This document shows, piece after piece, positions 1-11,613 of a DNA stretch of 64,000 nucleotides; within the stretch, counting starts at the first letter, position 1, and every line of letters starts with the position of its first letter. A program made the position numbers and the translations under genes. Location of the stretch: NCBI RefSeq assembly GCF_009914755.1, contig NC_060925.1; one strand, written 5' to 3'. Source of the stretch: the human T2T-CHM13v2.0 reference genome, Homo sapiens. The notes below the pieces were generated by a model, which worked only from the letters and a program-made list of their open reading frames with translations, made no database searches and had not been told where the DNA came from.

Positions 1-556
1 CTTTTTCAGAAAGGACTCAACAAGGGTCCACTTATTCTCGGGGAAGCTCATAAAAGAAACATTATTGGTCTCTTGAAAGTTCAAAAGGGCCATTTTATGA
101 GATGAGAATGAATGACTTTCCATTCTTTCTTGCTTTTCATTGTAGAAGTGACTTACATTAAGTTAAAAAAAAAAAAAAAAGCACCCAATTCATCATTTTC
201 TCAGGCCTAAGCAGTGGACAGCTCATGGGACTAAGGATGTGCCTTGGTACCCGAATGAGTTGGTAGCTAACCTCGACCTTCAGCTCACCCATTGTGACCT
301 GAGTTTCCTTCTGCTGTGCAGACATTGCCTCTAGGTACTACTTCTGCTTAACCAAAGAGTGTGAATCCTTTCTCTCTTTGGTCAAGAGTCTTTGGTCACA
401 AGCAAAAAGTGTGATTTTGCAGGTGGCGGGTTTATTGCCTGACAGCCCTCAGGACACTAAGACAGGGCTAAAATGGAAGCTCACACACAGGCGTGGTTAC
501 ATCTCACCATGCCATGGAGTATATAAAGTGCACAAAAGAACACTCCCCCTGCACTG

Positions 557-565
557 GCGTGCGCG

Positions 566-608
<43 letters not shown>
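557..608. repeat. (GC)n-(CA)n compound microsatellite
   Basis: gcgtgcgcgcacgcgcgc(ac)n gtgc, uninterrupted purine/pyrimidine alternation. Confidence 0.95.
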
Positions 609-1006
609 TCAATGGAAGCAACTCAGGCAACAGAACTGGGATGAACCCGCCTGTCCTCCAGCATTTATGGATGAATTAAGTAGCATAAACAGAATTTAGA
701 GGTGACACAGCTTCAGGGAGATGTTTGAATCCACAATTACAGCGTCTGTCAGCACGAGCATTGGGCCAGAGTGTATAATCTACTTTGCATTGCTCCCAGA
801 ACTGCTGGCTAAAGTACAAGATTAGAATTTAAGGCACAAGATGGTCATAAACAGAGGGATTGTTAGTGGGGAAGGGGTGTTGGAGAGTGAAGGTGAGGGT
901 GACATAAATAGTATTTCTAGTTGTGTACTAATGGTCCCAGGAGCTGTGGCAGTAAACAGTGTGAGACAAATTTTGGCATCGATTTCCTTGAGGCACTGCC
1001 TCTTTC

Positions 1007-1313
1007 TTTCTTTTTTTTTTTTTTTTTTTTTTGAGATGGAGTCTAGCTCTGTTGCCCAGGCTGGAGTCCAGTGGCGCAATCTCGGCTTACTACAAGCTCC
1101 GCCTCCCAGGTTCACGCCATTCTCCTGCCTCAGGCTCCTGAGTAGCTGGGACTACAGGTGCCCCCCACCACGCCCGGCTAATTTTTCGTATTTTTAGGAG
1201 AGACGGGGTTTCACCATCTTAGCCAGGATGGTCTCGATCTCCTGACCTCGTGATCCGCCCGCCTCGGCCTCCCAAAGTGCTGGGATTACAGGCGTGAGCC
1301 ACCGTGCCCGGCC
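1007..1313 (-). mobile_element. AluY, full length
   Basis: Poly-T then Alu reverse complement with Y-type sequence (caagctccgcctcc, ttcacgccattctcc, gatctcctgacctcgtgatcc); perfect 15-bp TSD ggcactgcctctttc at 992-1006 and 1314-1328. Confidence 0.92.
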
Positions 1314-2662
1314 GGCACTGCCTCTTTCAACTGTGATAAAAGAGTGAAATCAAACAAAGGCAACACTTGACCTGAAATTTTGGAGGTGGGGGGCAGAATT
1401 AAACAAAAGTTTCCTACACTTAGAAGATTTGAAAGGCTTCTGAAAAGAGATATAGCTTCCTCATTGTAACTCCTTCTGTCTGAAACCTGTTTGAGCATCA
1501 ATTGGCCAGTTCATTGAAAATGACCCTAGAAATGATGTCAAGTGTGGGGTGCATTTGTTGCATTTCCAATAGTAGAAAATAAATGCATCTGCTAAGCAAA
1601 ATTATTGTGTCACTCTACATTTATTCTTCAACTAATTATATTACTTTGTTATGGATGTTGTGGCTTGCACTTCCTTAATAAAGTAGGATCAGTCCACATC
1701 TGAGTTTGCTCCAGTCCCTTCAGCAAACCTGGCAGTTTCTCCTGTGGCATGTCTAACCAAAGCAAGATGAGGCATTGCAGAGTGACGAGATGGCAGTGCA
1801 TTTCAGATCTCACCACCATCCTCACTGCCCCTCCAGGTCATGTGTATTCCTGACCCTGAACTTTGCTCCTATTTTACTTACTTTTATGTTCTATCCTCCA
1901 AGACCCAGGCCAACCACCTGCCTCTTCTGATTCTTTTCACTATTATCCCAATGCACACTGGCCACGCTCTCTGCAGAATTCCTGTTATATAGTCAGAATC
2001 TCTATTTTACACGTAATTGTTCTGTAATTCCTTCATGGATCTTTCGTCACTCTGACATAGACTGTCCATTCCTGAAAGATGGTAATCATGCTTTACACTT
2101 ATTTATAGACCACCCAAAGCTCTTGGCACAGGGCACATGTTTCACAGTGATTTCCTGTCTGATTGAAAGGCTCTGAGGATGCATTGCACCATACATAGCC
2201 CTGTGAGATGTAAAAAGTGCATGCCGTTCATTATAAGTTAGGTTAAATAAATGAAAGATAAAAACACAGTGTGATCCCAATTTTTCAGTGTGTGTGTGTG
2301 GGTTTGTGTGTCCATTTGTACTAGGGGCACGGTTCTGCTGAGAGGGGTGTGTGTATGTGTGTGTGTCTGTGTGTTGCACAGACACAAAAGACTAGGGAAA
2401 ATGCGGCAGCCAATGTGAATTGTGATATCCCTGGGTGCTAACATCACTAAAAATTGCTTTTTCTTTTTACTATTTAGCACTTTTGTGATGTATGTATAAA
2501 GAATACTTTTTATTTATATGAGGTGTGACGTGTTTAGCAGTATGAAGAATGAGGTAATGAAATTGATGAGTGATTATTATTATTATAAGAGACACAGTAT
2601 AGTGAAGTGGGAGGTTTGCAATGAATGGGGTTTGGTTGTCTATTATTCTTTATGGGTATATT

Positions 2663-2892
2663 CCAGTGTTTCCCAAAGTATGTTCCAGAGCACAGTAGTC
2701 CCTACCACAGGCGTTACACATTTAAATAATATGGGAAGCAGCCTCTTGAAAATTCACAATATCCATTGACCCTGAATATTCCTACAGCAAAGGAACCTGT
2801 CTGTTCTACTTGGTGTTTTTCAAATCTATCCAAGCATGGAATATGTTTTCCTTATAACGCCTGTTAACTGCATTACATTTTGGAAAACGTTC
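2663..2892. mobile_element. hAT-Charlie-type MER fossil
   Basis: Starts cagtgtttcccaaagtatgttcc and ends cattttggaaaacgtt, i.e. degenerate terminal inverted repeats. Confidence 0.45.
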
Positions 2893-4672
2893 TATTTATA
2901 TGTGGTTATTTTCAAATAACAGTGTAGTGAGTTTGGTTCTAAGTGTCTTAATTTTGTTTGTAATTGTTCATATTCCTTTGTTTTGAGGATCCAGAGAGGT
3001 TACAAAGTTAGAGAACAACTTCTTTAATCCAAATCCATAGAAACATTTTAGCAATACCAAATTACATGATTTGATGATTTTCTCCTTCATTGTAAAAGCT
3101 ATGCAGCATCACTGCCTAGTTTGCTAAGTTTTAAAGCTTAATTTGCTATAATGAAAACATTCAATGAAGAAACATGCTGTGAGCTGAATTTATTCAGCCT
3201 CTTTTGGAGTCCATTCTTTCACTGGAAGTTATTACTGTGAAGCTGCATTTTATTTTTGTGAACTTTTTTTTCATCTCTACAATCATCTTTTCAGGATGAG
3301 TTTTTGACAGTGATGCTAATAGTGACAAACCCCTCTAACCTCCAACACTCCTTGCAAATTATCCCGATAATGAACAGCTGCAGATGTTAATTCAAAATGG
3401 CAGGTAATCCGTGTGTAAATTGAAATGTGCATGCTTCTGTCTGAAACTGCAATTGCATTAAGTTGTGGAAATTCACGGTGAGGAAAGTCAAGAGATCCTG
3501 GTAGGAGGGCATAAGCGCGCAGATCCCCCAAAAGGCTGGAAATCAATCTTCCTTTTTGTCCTCCACATCTTTCTGCCCTGCAGCCCATGCAGGAACAGAC
3601 GGCTTGTCAGAAGCTCAGAGGGTGGCGAGACATTTGGTTTTCCAGGGGCTTTTCAACTTGGATATGTGAGCACATGAAAAGTTAGAGAAGGAGGGAGGTT
3701 ATTAATAAAGCAAGTAATGAAGCACAATAGAGATGGTGTGAAACAGTTTGGCCCAATAAAGTACATTATCTCTCTTTGACTAACCATGTAATGCTTCGGT
3801 TTATCTTTGGCTAAAACAGATACAGCACAGCTGGTGGTTAACGATATTAGCTAACACCTGAAAAATAGATTACATTGAATCACAATTTTGCCTCATAGAC
3901 TCATAATGCTTCAGAAAGTATGATATACAAAACTCAGTTTGTTATTAAAGTTATTTAAGTTTAAGCAATGTAGAGAAAGCACGTTTGACCCCAATATATT
4001 CAGGACTCATCTCCTCCCCTAGAGTGAAAATGGCCTCTTAGCACTAATGTGCCTCCATTCAGCTAGGTGCCAGGCACAACATCATTATAAAAGGCAAGTA
4101 CACTGCCTTCTGGAAATTTGCATCCATCCGTAGTTACACCCGACACAAGCTACAGCTTTGTTTAAATTTCCAGCTGACTGACACGCACACAATCATGAAT
4201 GAAAAAGCAAACAGTGGAAAATAACGCCTTTTCACCTTCCTCTGGTCTGCGGGAACAACACTGCCGCAGAGCCAAGCTTTGGGCTGCAGCCTGGTTTCCA
4301 GAAATCACACCGCTCTAGAATGGAGTGTCTGTGGCCTTTCACACACCAGCTGCCAGAGGTTGTGGTTTTTAAGTAAAGCTTCGAAGTGGGACTGGAGGCT
4401 ATCAGCAGGAAGCCAGTTAAAGCAGATAGAAAAGTAAGAGTGGCGAAGTCTATTTTTGCTGTACGTACAAAATAAGAGGAGAGAGTCTTGGCCAACTGTG
4501 CCTTTAAGTAACAGGCCACTTCTGTCAAGGTACTGGGACCTTTTAGAGGTCAGGACCTCCCCCTGTAGGAATCTCCAGCCCCCAGTACTGCCCCGCACCC
4601 AGGAGCACGTGAGTACTCGTCAACTGACATAAATGAGAGTGGAGATATTTCAGCTGCTCTGTGTGTTCTGGA

Positions 4673-4830
4673 GGAGTGTTTCCCAAAGCACGCAGATCAC
4701 CTGAGGAATGCAGGTTCTGATTTTGGAGTCTGGGGTGAGCCCTGAGATTCTGCATTTCCAACACGTTCCGGGGACGGACGGGGAAGGGTGCTGACGCTGC
4801 CCGGCCCAGGGACCACACTTGGAGAGCCTC
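4673..4830 (-). mobile_element. MER5A-like hAT DNA transposon fossil
   Basis: ccctgagattctgcatttccaaca...gctgacgctgcccggcccagggaccacacttggag matches the MER5A reverse complement. Confidence 0.65.
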
Positions 4831-5470
4831 GGACCTGGAGGACAGGAAAACCAGTGCAAACGTTTTCTATTGCAGCTTGCTGTCACACAGCCGCCCTGGA
4901 AGCCGCCCCTGCACCCGCTATCTCCCCGGGCCCCCAGGTAGCTGGTGGTGACAATGGCTGCAGGGCAGCGCCCTGCGAAGTGCAGGGGTGAAGGTCTGCA
5001 GGCCCCGCTAACCACGCCCTTCTCTTCCCCAGGGGAGGAGCGCCCCCGGGACTCCCCGGGCCCGGCGGAGGCCCAGGCACCGGCCGGGGTGGAGGCCGGC
5101 GGGAGAGCGAGTCGCCGCTGCTGGACGTGCTCCCGGGCGCAACTCAAGAAGATCTTCTGGGGCGTGGCGGTCGTGCTGTGCGTGTGCTCCTCGTGGGCGG
5201 GCTCCACGCAGCTCGCCAAGCTGACCTTCAGGAAGTTCGACGCGCCCTTCACCCTCACGTGGTTTGCCACCAACTGGAACTTTTTATTCTTCCCGTTGTA
5301 CTACGTGGGGCACGTCTGCAAGTCCACAGAGAAGCAGTCTGTGAAGCAGCGATACAGGTAGGCGCGTCCTGCATGAGGAGGCCTCCTGACCCCGGGCTGC
5401 TCCATCCAGCGCTGACTCCGCAGAGCTGCCCCTGGTGGCAGGCGCTGGGATGAGCCGGTGGGAGCCCGTG
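4760..5470. promoter_or_regulatory. Intragenic CpG island over the SLC35F3 exon
   Basis: Sharply GC-rich with dense CG dinucleotides (e.g. 5041-5130) against CpG-depleted flanks; boundaries estimated by eye. Confidence 0.75.
5033..5357 (+). CDS. SLC35F3: Internal coding exon of SLC35F3 (solute carrier family 35 member F3, putative thiamine transporter); probably exon 3
   Basis: Translates (G/R)EERPRDSPGPAEAQAPAGVEAGGRASRRCWTCSRAQLKKIFWGVAVVLCVCSSWAGSTQLAKLTFRKFDAPFTLTWFATNWNFLFFPLYYVGHVCKSTEKQSVKQRYR, recognised as SLC35F3, with two hydrophobic TM segments. Acceptor: branch-point-like gctaac (5007-5012), polypyrimidine cccttctcttcccc, AG at 5031-5032. Donor CAG|gtaggc at 5357/5358. 325 bp, phase 1 to phase 2. 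Confidence 0.95.
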
Positions 5471-6135
5471 GAGAGATGTTGCAGTGAATGCACCTGCTCT
5501 CAGTGGGGTCGGGAGCAGAATTCTGTCTACCCTGGGTAGTGAACGCCTCCTTCCTCTACCTCCTGCCCCTCAGCCCTGGGAGCCCCTTTATATAAAAGCA
5601 GGCAGCAGCGTCTTCCAGAGACGGCAAGTAGTAGGTCCCCAGAACGCTTAGAAATGGGAGAACTGTGTAGCTCAGTTCATCCCTCAGCAAGCTTGGGGTG
5701 AGGACCGCAAGGCCATGGAGCCAGGTCACTCGGACGCTTCCTGTAGCTGACTTCCCTCGCGGAGATGTTCGCTGCAGAGACTTCCTTACTCATCCTCTTT
5801 CTAATCCCAAGACATGCCGCCCTTCGCGTATGTAATTGCATGGGTCTGAATATCTCCCAGTGTGATGGTCAAAACCAAAGCAGTGTCTGGACTTTGTTGA
5901 CTATATTTTCTCAAATGGAGTCCATTGGAATGACGTCCCTTTCAAAAAGAGGCCAGAAACCCTGACCTCAACCCCTACCTCAGTATGCAGGAGGGCTCAT
6001 GCAGCCCTCCCCGGGAGTCACACTGTAGGTGTTGACCCGTGGCGCTCATCTGTGCCAATTAAGAGCATCTCGTGTTTCCCCAAAGTGGAGGCCTTCTGTG
6101 GGCCATGTCATGGGCGTCCCAAATCAGGCCTAGTC

Positions 6136-6179
6136 AAAAAAAAAAAAAAAAAAAAAAAAAAGAAAAAGAAAAAAAGAAA
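6136..6179 (+). repeat. Poly-A / A-rich tract
   Basis: About 26 A followed by gaaaaagaaaaaaagaaa. Confidence 0.9.
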
Positions 6180-8024
6180 CAGAAATGAATGCTGGCCAAG
6201 GTGACACAGTAGGCCCTGGAAACTTTTATCAGCCCCAGAGGTGAGGAGAAATTGAGCATTTAAGAGTCTTCATTCCTTCACCACTGCCTTCTTCCCCACC
6301 ACACCCCACCCCACCCTGACAAACACATAACCCCATAAGATTGCTATGTCCTGAAGTTCCCCTTAGAAGATACAAGGTAACTAAAAACATCATTGGGTCC
6401 AAGGAACAAAGAGGTTTGGAAATGGAGGTCTACCCCTGGACCAGAATTTCTTTCCGGGAATCTACCATGTTGTTCCTGTAAACTTGTAGCTGGAAGTACG
6501 GGTGTGATACTTTTTTAATGTTCAGAGGGAATTCTGGCTCCTTTAAAATACCAACTTGTAAATCAGAGCACGAATTCTGGAGGAGGGGGCTCTGATGGAG
6601 CTTGAATAGAATCACATGGCCAGTCTCACATGTCCCCTTAGTGAAACGGATTTGGTGCAAAGAATTCTGATCCTCAGGGTTGACCTAAACCAGTGGCTCA
6701 TGGACCAGCCAGAAATTGCTAAAGAGGCACTTAATGCACCCTCTTCTGAATAGAAGCCAAAAGCAGAAGGAAACAAATCATTAGCACCCAAGATTGTCCC
6801 AAAGGCAAGAGTAAAATAGTCCCAGAGAAAAGCTAATATTTAGTAAATGATGTATTTAACAGTTAAGTATCCCTAAGTGTATTTAATTTGTAATTAGGCG
6901 GTAACCCTTCATTAAAACTGATTAGGATGGTATGCTACTGCCTCTAACGAAATGCTCAAAGTGAGCTTATATGCACGTTCTTGATCAAGAATTATTGGGA
7001 GAGAAGATGAAATTCTTCTTTCCTGCTACCTTCAACCATACAGGCTGAAAGAGGACCCCCAAGTGGTAACACTGGCTGTTGTCCCAAATGTGCTCCATGG
7101 CTACCACTTACCTGGGAAGACTGTCACCACCAGCCACTTAGGGCGGGCCTGGCACCATTAAACTATTGTGCTGAAAACCGCACAGATGGAATCAAGATCA
7201 AGTGGTGCTTATACGGTCAATGTAGGAAAAAATGGAAGGTCATTGAAGATTAGTTATACATAGAAAAGCATCAGCACCTTGATTTCAACCTATTGTCTTC
7301 CTATAAAAAGTGCTCAAAAAGAATCATTTAAAAAATCTGATGACTGCCCTGTTAACTGGCGAACAATGTAAAAGAGGGAGGATAATCCCAACTTTATTGG
7401 TAAACTGGTTAAAAGCTTTCCCAATTTCTGTCATCACATTCTGCTCCAGCTCTTTAAAAAAGTTGTTTTGTTTTGTTTTGTTTTTTGTTTGTTTTTTTCT
7501 GATTATAAGCTGTGTTAGCCCCGTGGCTAGGCAGAGATGCTAATTTACCAGCCAATTATTAGGCATGTCAATCAAGCCATATACACCATTGGAGGGGTGA
7601 AGAGAGATCCTTCCTCAAAAGGAGAGAAAAATTTTAACATCACAGACCTTCCTTAGGACATCACAATTCTGTCACAACTCATATTGGGAGTACTTTAAAC
7701 AGACTTTAGGATTCTCAGAGATCAAGGAAGACTGAAATCACATCTTTCATCTTCATGCTTTATCAAAATTAATGCCAGAGAGAAGATTTTGATTTGTCTG
7801 AGGAGATGAGTCTCTTGGCTAAAAGTGTTTAGCAGGGAGCTGGGAAGAAAAGGAGATGAACAGAGACCTGTTCCACCAAGAGGGGAGCTGGACAGATACA
7901 GCAGCTTTTCTTGCAGTTATCAGGAGGCAATCAGATGGAAGCTTCTTTTCTCTAAACCCTCCCCAACTGAGCCACTTCCCCAGGGTGAAGCCGGAGCCGA
8001 GAGAGGAAGGCATGTGTTCCCCAG

Positions 8025-8186
8025 CACAGAGCTCCGCAACCTGCAACGCCCTGTGAGGCTCCCTGGGGTCTTGTTGAAGGCAGACTCTGATTCAGTGGGT
8101 CTGAGTGGATCTGAGATTCCGCTTTTCTAGGGAACTTCCAGGGAATCCTAGTGCTGCTGGCCCACAGGCTGCACTTTAACTGTAAA
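8025..8186 (-). mobile_element. MER5A/MER5A1-like fossil
   Basis: gcagactctgattcagtgggtctgag...ctgagattccgc...gtgctgctggcccacaggctgcacttt. Confidence 0.6.
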
Positions 8187-8309
8187 TGCCCTGGAGTTGT
8201 TGAGTCCCAGCTACAGATTTTTTTTTTAAATGCTGCTGATTTTACCAAATGTTAGAACTAGGATTCACCTCACCATGTAGAACTGATGAGTGACTCCATT
8301 GAGCCCCAG

Positions 8310-8530
8310 AGGATGTTCGAGCCCTGGTCCTCTTCAAGCCCTGGTCCTCTGCCACTCATGACGGGAGGCTCCGTGGGCAAGTCCTCAAAGCTCTCAGAGC
8401 CTCAGATGCCCATTTGTAAATGGGAGGTGATGATATATGCACTGTCTTGTACAAAAGACTGCTGTGTGATCAAATGACACGCTGTATATGAAAGCGCCCT
8501 ATACACTGTAACATGCTGTGTAAACGCAAG
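8310..8530 (+). mobile_element. MIR
   Basis: Core gggcaagtcc...ctctcagagcctcagatgcccatttgtaaatggg. Confidence 0.7.
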
Positions 8531-9689
8531 GAACAAGTACTGTGTTGTGATAGCCTCTGTGGGTTGTACTGAAGGCTGTTGCCCATGCTTTGTTCGTGAG
8601 CTGCCTTGTGGTGGCCAATTTAAACTACGAGAGTGCCAACCCCTATGCTGCATGCAAGTGTCAGTCCTGAAGAAATCAACTTGTGGCCCTAGTGCCTTCA
8701 CAGGGCATACAAGAACACTGATCAGGGCTTCTCATGATCAGATACTGTTGTCAGGAATTAGATGTGAATGGGCAAACCTCTCAGCCTAACTCATCTGGGT
8801 TTTCAGCCCCTGCCTTAGTCTTCCTAGCAAGCACTCAACCATCCAGGAGTACAATGAGCTGCTTCCTTCTCCAATATGATAGGCAGCCCAACCCTTATCT
8901 TCACTGTTTCTCAATGAAGGTGGCCACAAGGATGTTCTGAGGAAGCAATAGTGCCCAGAACTCAGAGAGGGCTTCAGTCATGAGACGCTTGAGGGTGCTT
9001 GGGAACCACAGTCTCCTGGACCACCTAGCATCTAGGGGAGGCACAGGGAAGTGGCTGTATCAGGTCTGTGTTTGGGAGAGACTGTTGAGCACATGTGTGA
9101 TGACACACAGCCTCCTGGCCCCTCTGACCTTGGAACAGGAATGCAGCTTTTCAGATCTGAGAGGTCAGCAGAGCTGGAGCAGATCTGGGGCATTTTCAGT
9201 CTTGTCCAAAGGTCTTCCAGGAATTTGCAGCAGTAATGACCTGCTTTCGAAAGCAAATGCTGAGACCTTCTGCTATCATGCGGCTGCCAAAAAAAGTGAA
9301 CGGTGCAGTGGTGACAGATGTTTTTCTCTGCCTTTTGTAGTTCCAGGCTTTCTGTAAGCCAGCCAATTGATTCTGCTTCAGATATTCTGAGCAACAGCAG
9401 AGCCAAGAAAGGGAAAAGGGCAGTTTAGATGCCTTTCATCTTAAACCCTGCAAGGGCCCGGTGTGTGTACCTTGCCACCCAGACTTACGCAGGAACCATA
9501 TCGGGTCTTGCAGCTGTAACATTTATCGGCCATTTAAAATCTAAAGAGCAGAGTGGAGCAGTTGCAAACCGGAGCTTTGTTCTGAAAATAGTTACTGTGC
9601 GTCTTCTCTAGGCAATGCACTAGAAATACAAGATAAATGGACTCTGGAAAGGGAGTCAGATAGCCAAACAGGGTGGGGGTGCATGCAAG

Positions 9690-10350
9690 GGAGCTGAGAG
9701 TGGGGGAAGGCCCAGATACATGTCCAGATACATGTGTCCTGGGGCAGGGTACAAAAGTTTCTTAGAAGAAGTTAGCTAGGGCCTGGCATGGTGGCTCTTG
9801 TCTGTAATCCCAGCACTTTGGTGGGCTGAGGAGGGCAGATTGATTGAGCCCAGAAGTTCAAGACCAGCCTTGGCAACATGGCAAAACCCTGTCTCTACTA
9901 AAAATACTAAAAATTAGCCAGGCGTGATGGTGCACCTGTAGTCCCAGCTACTCAGGGGACTAGGCAGGAGGATCACCTGAGCCTTGGGAGGTTAAGGCTG
10001 TAATAAGCAGTGATCAGACCACTGCACTCCAGCCTGGGTAACAGCGTGAGACCCTGTCTCAAAACAAAAAAAAAGAAGTTAGCCAGAAACAATTTATTTA
10101 AGGACAAGCAGATGGTTCTCTAGGTGCCGAAGGAGAAGGTCAAGAACATTCTAAGCAGACAGTAGCCTGGATAAAGGACACAGCCTGGACAAAGAGCACG
10201 GAGCTCTTCTTAGGATGTAGGATGTAATTGGGGTAAGGTGAAAGAGAAGACCCAGCAGTTAGGCAGAGCAGATGCTGGCAAGCCTCCTACACTATGCTGA
10301 GGAGTTTCACTTCCAGTGTGAATATCAGGAGTCATGGAAGCAATGATCAG
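9690..10350 (-). mobile_element. L2 remnant interrupted by an Alu
   Basis: L2-like purine-rich text (agaacattctaagcaga...gctgaggagtttcactt...ggagtcatggaag) on both sides of the Alu. Confidence 0.45.
9780..10074 (+). mobile_element. AluJ
   Basis: Dimeric Alu with J-type text (gagcccagaagttcaagacc, ggatcacctgagcc); TSD aagaagttagc. Confidence 0.9.
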
Positions 10351-10540
10351 ATTGGATCTTTCAAAATGCAGCTGCTGCGACTCTGTAGAAAATGGAATGA
10401 AGGACAAGGCTGGAGGTCAATCCAGGTCAACATATACTTCTTTGATATCTATGTGGGCACGTGGACAGATGTGGATGACAATTGTTGTTCTTGACCCTAA
10501 GGAACTCACAACTGAGTGGGAGACAGTCTCCTATTAAAAA

Positions 10541-10546
<6 letters not shown>

Positions 10547-10574
<28 letters not shown>
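10547..10574. repeat. (TA)n microsatellite
   Basis: Direct reading. Confidence 0.95.
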
Positions 10575-10576
<2 letters not shown>

Positions 10577-11464
10577 AGGAAATGGGGCGAGAGCTGAGGG
10601 CAGACTGGCTTGGCTGTAGTTTGGCTGTGAAGACAGGGCACAGTAGATCTTGGGACTCCAAATTCAGCTGAAGGCCAGATGGGAAGGACTTGGGGTGCCC
10701 GATCAAGGAGTTGGGGCTTTATTCTCCAGGCAAGTGGAGCCTCCAGAAGTTTTTAGTATAATCAGAGCTGCTTTCAAAAGTAGGATTCATGGTACTAATT
10801 ATGTAACTGGCTACAGCATACGGTCCCATTTCACATAAGAGGTGGAATGACTGTCAGGTGTTTGTTTGTTGGGGGACAGGATGCCTAGTTCCTGAGCAGT
10901 AGCAAGAACTTTGAGTGTGAATCCTGAAGTATTATAAAACTTGTTGAACTGTCAACTTTTTGAGACTACATCACACTCTTCTGTTGATAAAAAGCACTTT
11001 AATTGTCATTTTCACCAAACTCAAGTGTTCTGAAAACATGGGAAATATCTTCTTTTCAGGAAATATTTGTACAACTTTTCAGGCACAGTGGTAAATGCTA
11101 AGGCATTGCCAAGGGAGCCCTAATTAGCGATGCCCAGCATCTCCCTGCCTTCCTGCTGTCAGGCCTCACATTTCAGAAAGCTGATGCATTTCTTACCCTG
11201 AACCCCAGACACATTCCAGCCTGTTGTTCCTATCAACAGTTGTTCTTTATAGAGTAAGGCCCCTTTGGAAACAAGGTGACAGGGCCCCTCATCCTAGGAG
11301 AGAGATAGTGCTTCATTCGTTCCACAAAATCTTTCCAGCACCTTCTCTGTCTCAGGTGCTGTTCTAGGAACTGAGGATACAGCAGTGACAAGAGCAAGTG
11401 GAAATGCCCTTTACCTTCACCCTTCCTCCTACCTCATAGCAGTCTCATTTCCTGTCTGATTTCT

Positions 11465-11613
11465 TCGTTATTGTTATTGTATTAAATAATTTTTGTAGAG
11501 ATGAGGTTTCGCCATGTTGCCCAGGCTAGTCTCATACTCCTGCTCTCAAGCGATCTGCCCACCTTGGCCCCCCAAAGTGCTGGGATTAAAGGCATGAGCC
11601 ACTGCACCCAGCC
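11465..11613 (-). mobile_element. FLAM (free left Alu monomer)
   Basis: Left-arm-only Alu bounded by a perfect 17-bp TSD tttcctgtctgatttct (11448-11464, 11614-11630). Confidence 0.85.

Noticed and set aside
1-180. Possible retrocopy 3' end before the A tract at 165-180
   Set aside because: No canonical poly(A) signal, no recognisable parent gene, and the left boundary is outside the window.
5424-5445. CTCF-like motif gcccctggtggcag
   Set aside because: Mismatches at key core positions; weak in a GC-rich background.
4650-5493. Overlapping alternative-frame and antisense ORFs (207 aa, 108 aa) over the exon, and the upstream extension from 4945
   Set aside because: Expected from high GC and codon bias; the branch point and acceptor at 5007-5032 explain the true exon start.
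6136-6179. Orphan poly-A as a truncated retro-insertion
   Set aside because: No element body or TSD recognised; treated as a simple repeat.
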